From a virus (Duplodnaviria; Heunggongvirae; Uroviricota; Caudoviricetes): a stretch of 7,673 nucleotides of DNA. Below, piece after piece: positions 6,236-7,673 of this stretch; the stretch's first letter is position 1; every line of letters starts with the position of its first letter. The stretch spans positions 1 to 7,673 of IMG/VR virus record IMGVR_UViG_2534682234_000016; one strand, 5' to 3'. The notes beneath the pieces were generated by a model, which had not been told where the DNA came from, did not search any database, and saw only the letters and a list, made by a program, of their open reading frames with translations. The translations under genes and the position numbers were made by a program.

Positions 6236-6781
6236 ATGGAAGTCAACAAAAAGCAGCTGGCTGACATTTTCGGCGCGAGTATCCGTACCATTCAGAACTG
6301 GCAGGAGCAGGGAATGCCCGTTCTGCGGGGTGGTGGCAAGGGTAATGAGGTACTTTATGACTCTGCCGCCGCCATAAAATGGTATGCCGAAAGGGATGCT
6401 GAAATTGAGAACGAAAAGCTGCGCCGGGAAGTTGAAGAACTGAGGCAGGACAGCGAGACAGATCTCCAGCCAGGGACTATTGAGTACGAACGCCATCGAC
6501 TTACGCGTGCGCAGGCCGACGCACAGGAACTGAAGAATGCCAGAGACTCAGCTGAAGTGGTGGAAACCGCATTCTGTACTTTCGTGCTGTCGCGGATCGC
6601 AGGTGAAATTGCCAGTATTCTCGACGGGATCCCCCTGTCGGTGCAGCGGCGTTTTCCGGAACTGGAAAACCGACATGTTGATTTCCTGAAACGGGATATC
6701 ATCAAAGCCATGAACAAAGCAGCCGCGCTGGATGAACTGATACCGGGGTTGCTGAGTGAATATATCGAACAGTCAGGTTAA
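6236..6781 (+). CDS. nu1: Terminase small subunit Nu1
   Basis: 181 aa, near-identical to lambda Nu1 (MEVNKKQLADIFGASIRTIQNWQEQGMPVLRGGGKGNEVLYDSAA...), including the N-terminal winged-HTH DNA-binding region. Confidence 0.96.
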   Translation: MEVNKKQLADIFGASIRTIQNWQEQGMPVLRGGGKGNEVLYDSAAAIKWYAERDAEIENEKLRREVEELRQDSETDLQPGTIEYERHRLTRAQADAQELKNARDSAEVVETAFCTFVLSRIAGEIASILDGIPLSVQRRFPELENRHVDFLKRDIIKAMNKAAALDELIPGLLSEYIEQSG

Positions 6782-7673
6782 CAGGCTGCGGCATTTTGTC
6801 CGCGCCGGGCTTCGCTCACTGTTCAGGCCGGAGCCACAGACCGCCGTTGAATGGGCGGATGCCAATTACTATCTCCCAAAAGAATCCGCATACCAGGAAG
6901 GGCGCTGGGAAACACTGCCCTTTCAGCGGGCCATCATGAATGCGATGGGCAGTGACTACATCCGCGAGGTGAATGTGGTGAAGTCTGCCCGTGTTGGTTA
7001 TTCCAAAATGCTGCTGGGTGTTTATGCCTACTTCATAGAGCATAAGCAGCGCAACACCCTTATCTGGTTGCCGACGGATGGTGATGCCGAGAACTTTATG
7101 AAAACCCACGTTGAGCCGACTATTCGTGATATTCCGTCGCTGCTGGCGCTGGCCCCGTGGTATGGCAAAAAGCACCGGGATAACACGCTCACCATGAAGC
7201 GTTTCACCAATGGGCGTGGCTTCTGGTGCCTGGGCGGTAAAGCGGCAAAAAACTACCGTGAAAAGTCAGTGGATGTGGCGGGTTATGATGAACTTGCTGC
7301 CTTTGATGAGGATATTGAACAGGAAGGCTCTCCGACGTTCCTGGGCGATAAGCGTATTGAAGGCTCGGTCTGGCCAAAGTCCATCCGTGGCTCCACGCCC
7401 AAAGTGAGAGGCACCTGCCAGATTGAGCGTGCAGCCAGTGAATCCCCGCATTTTATGCGTTTTCATGTTGCCTGCCCGCACTGCGGGGAGGAGCAGTACC
7501 TTAAATTTGGCGATAAAGAGACGCCGTTTGGCCTCAAATGGACGCCGGATGATCCCTCCAGCGTGTTTTATCTCTGCGAGCATAATGCCTGCGTCATCCG
7601 TCAGCAGGAGCTGGACTTTACTGATGCCCGTTATATCTGCGAAAAGACCGGGATCTGGACCCGTGATGGCATT
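6756..7673 (+). CDS. A: Terminase large subunit A, 5' partial (runs off the window end)
   Basis: GTG start at 6756 overlapping the Nu1 end by 26 bp in a different frame. Translation VNISNSQVNRLRHFVRAGLRSLFRPEPQTAVEWADANYYLPKE... matches lambda gpA. No stop before the window end, so it is absent from the ORF track. Confidence 0.95.
   Translation, partial: MNISNSQVNRLRHFVRAGLRSLFRPEPQTAVEWADANYYLPKESAYQEGRWETLPFQRAIMNAMGSDYIREVNVVKSARVGYSKMLLGVYAYFIEHKQRNTLIWLPTDGDAENFMKTHVEPTIRDIPSLLALAPWYGKKHRDNTLTMKRFTNGRGFWCLGGKAAKNYREKSVDVAGYDELAAFDEDIEQEGSPTFLGDKRIEGSVWPKSIRGSTPKVRGTCQIERAASESPHFMRFHVACPHCGEEQYLKFGDKETPFGLKWTPDDPSSVFYLCEHNACVIRQQELDFTDARYICEKTGIWTRDGI

Larger units (their letters stand above)
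1..7673. mobile_element. Lambdoid prophage segment: int-xis module joined to late control, lysis, cos and terminase modules
   Basis: Gene content and order (int, xis, Q-like ORF, holin, R, Rz/Rz1, bor, cos, Nu1, A) and near-identity of R through A to remembered phage lambda proteins. Both prophage ends lie outside the window. Confidence 0.9.

Noticed and set aside
6137-6717. ORFs 6137-6496 (-), 6171-6377 (+) and 6355-6717 (-)
   Set aside because: They overlap cosB and Nu1, whose sequence is conserved with lambda. They are frame artefacts.
6816-7583. ORFs 6816-7175 (-), 7028-7210 (-), 7210-7407 (+) and 7266-7583 (-)
   Set aside because: All lie inside the terminase A coding region, antisense or in the wrong frame. 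The A frame is continuous and matches lambda gpA.
1-7673. CRISPR arrays, insertion sequences, rRNA genes
   Set aside because: No regularly spaced direct repeats, no terminal inverted repeats flanking a transposase-like ORF, and no rRNA-like conserved segments were seen.

Overview
This window is a segment of a lambdoid prophage. It is read here from remembered phage lambda protein and DNA sequences, not from any database search. Left to right: a complete tyrosine integrase and overlapping excisionase on the minus strand (1-1369); a ~360 bp gap; a 229-aa plus-strand ORF placed where a late antiterminator Q would sit; a ~310 bp regulatory spacer with two terminator-like hairpins; a lysis cassette (three-TMD holin, lambda-type R endolysin, Rz with embedded Rz1); the convergent bor lipoprotein gene; three small accessory ORFs; a cos site matching the lambda cohesive end; Nu1; and the 5' part of terminase A running off the window end. 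From R through A the window is colinear with, and nearly identical to, lambda. The main oddity is architectural: int-xis sits about 0.4 kb from the late-gene control region, with no recombination, immunity, N or replication genes in between. I see no CRISPR array, tRNA, rRNA or recognisable defence system; the hunt findings are architectural and regulatory rather than a clearly novel gene system.
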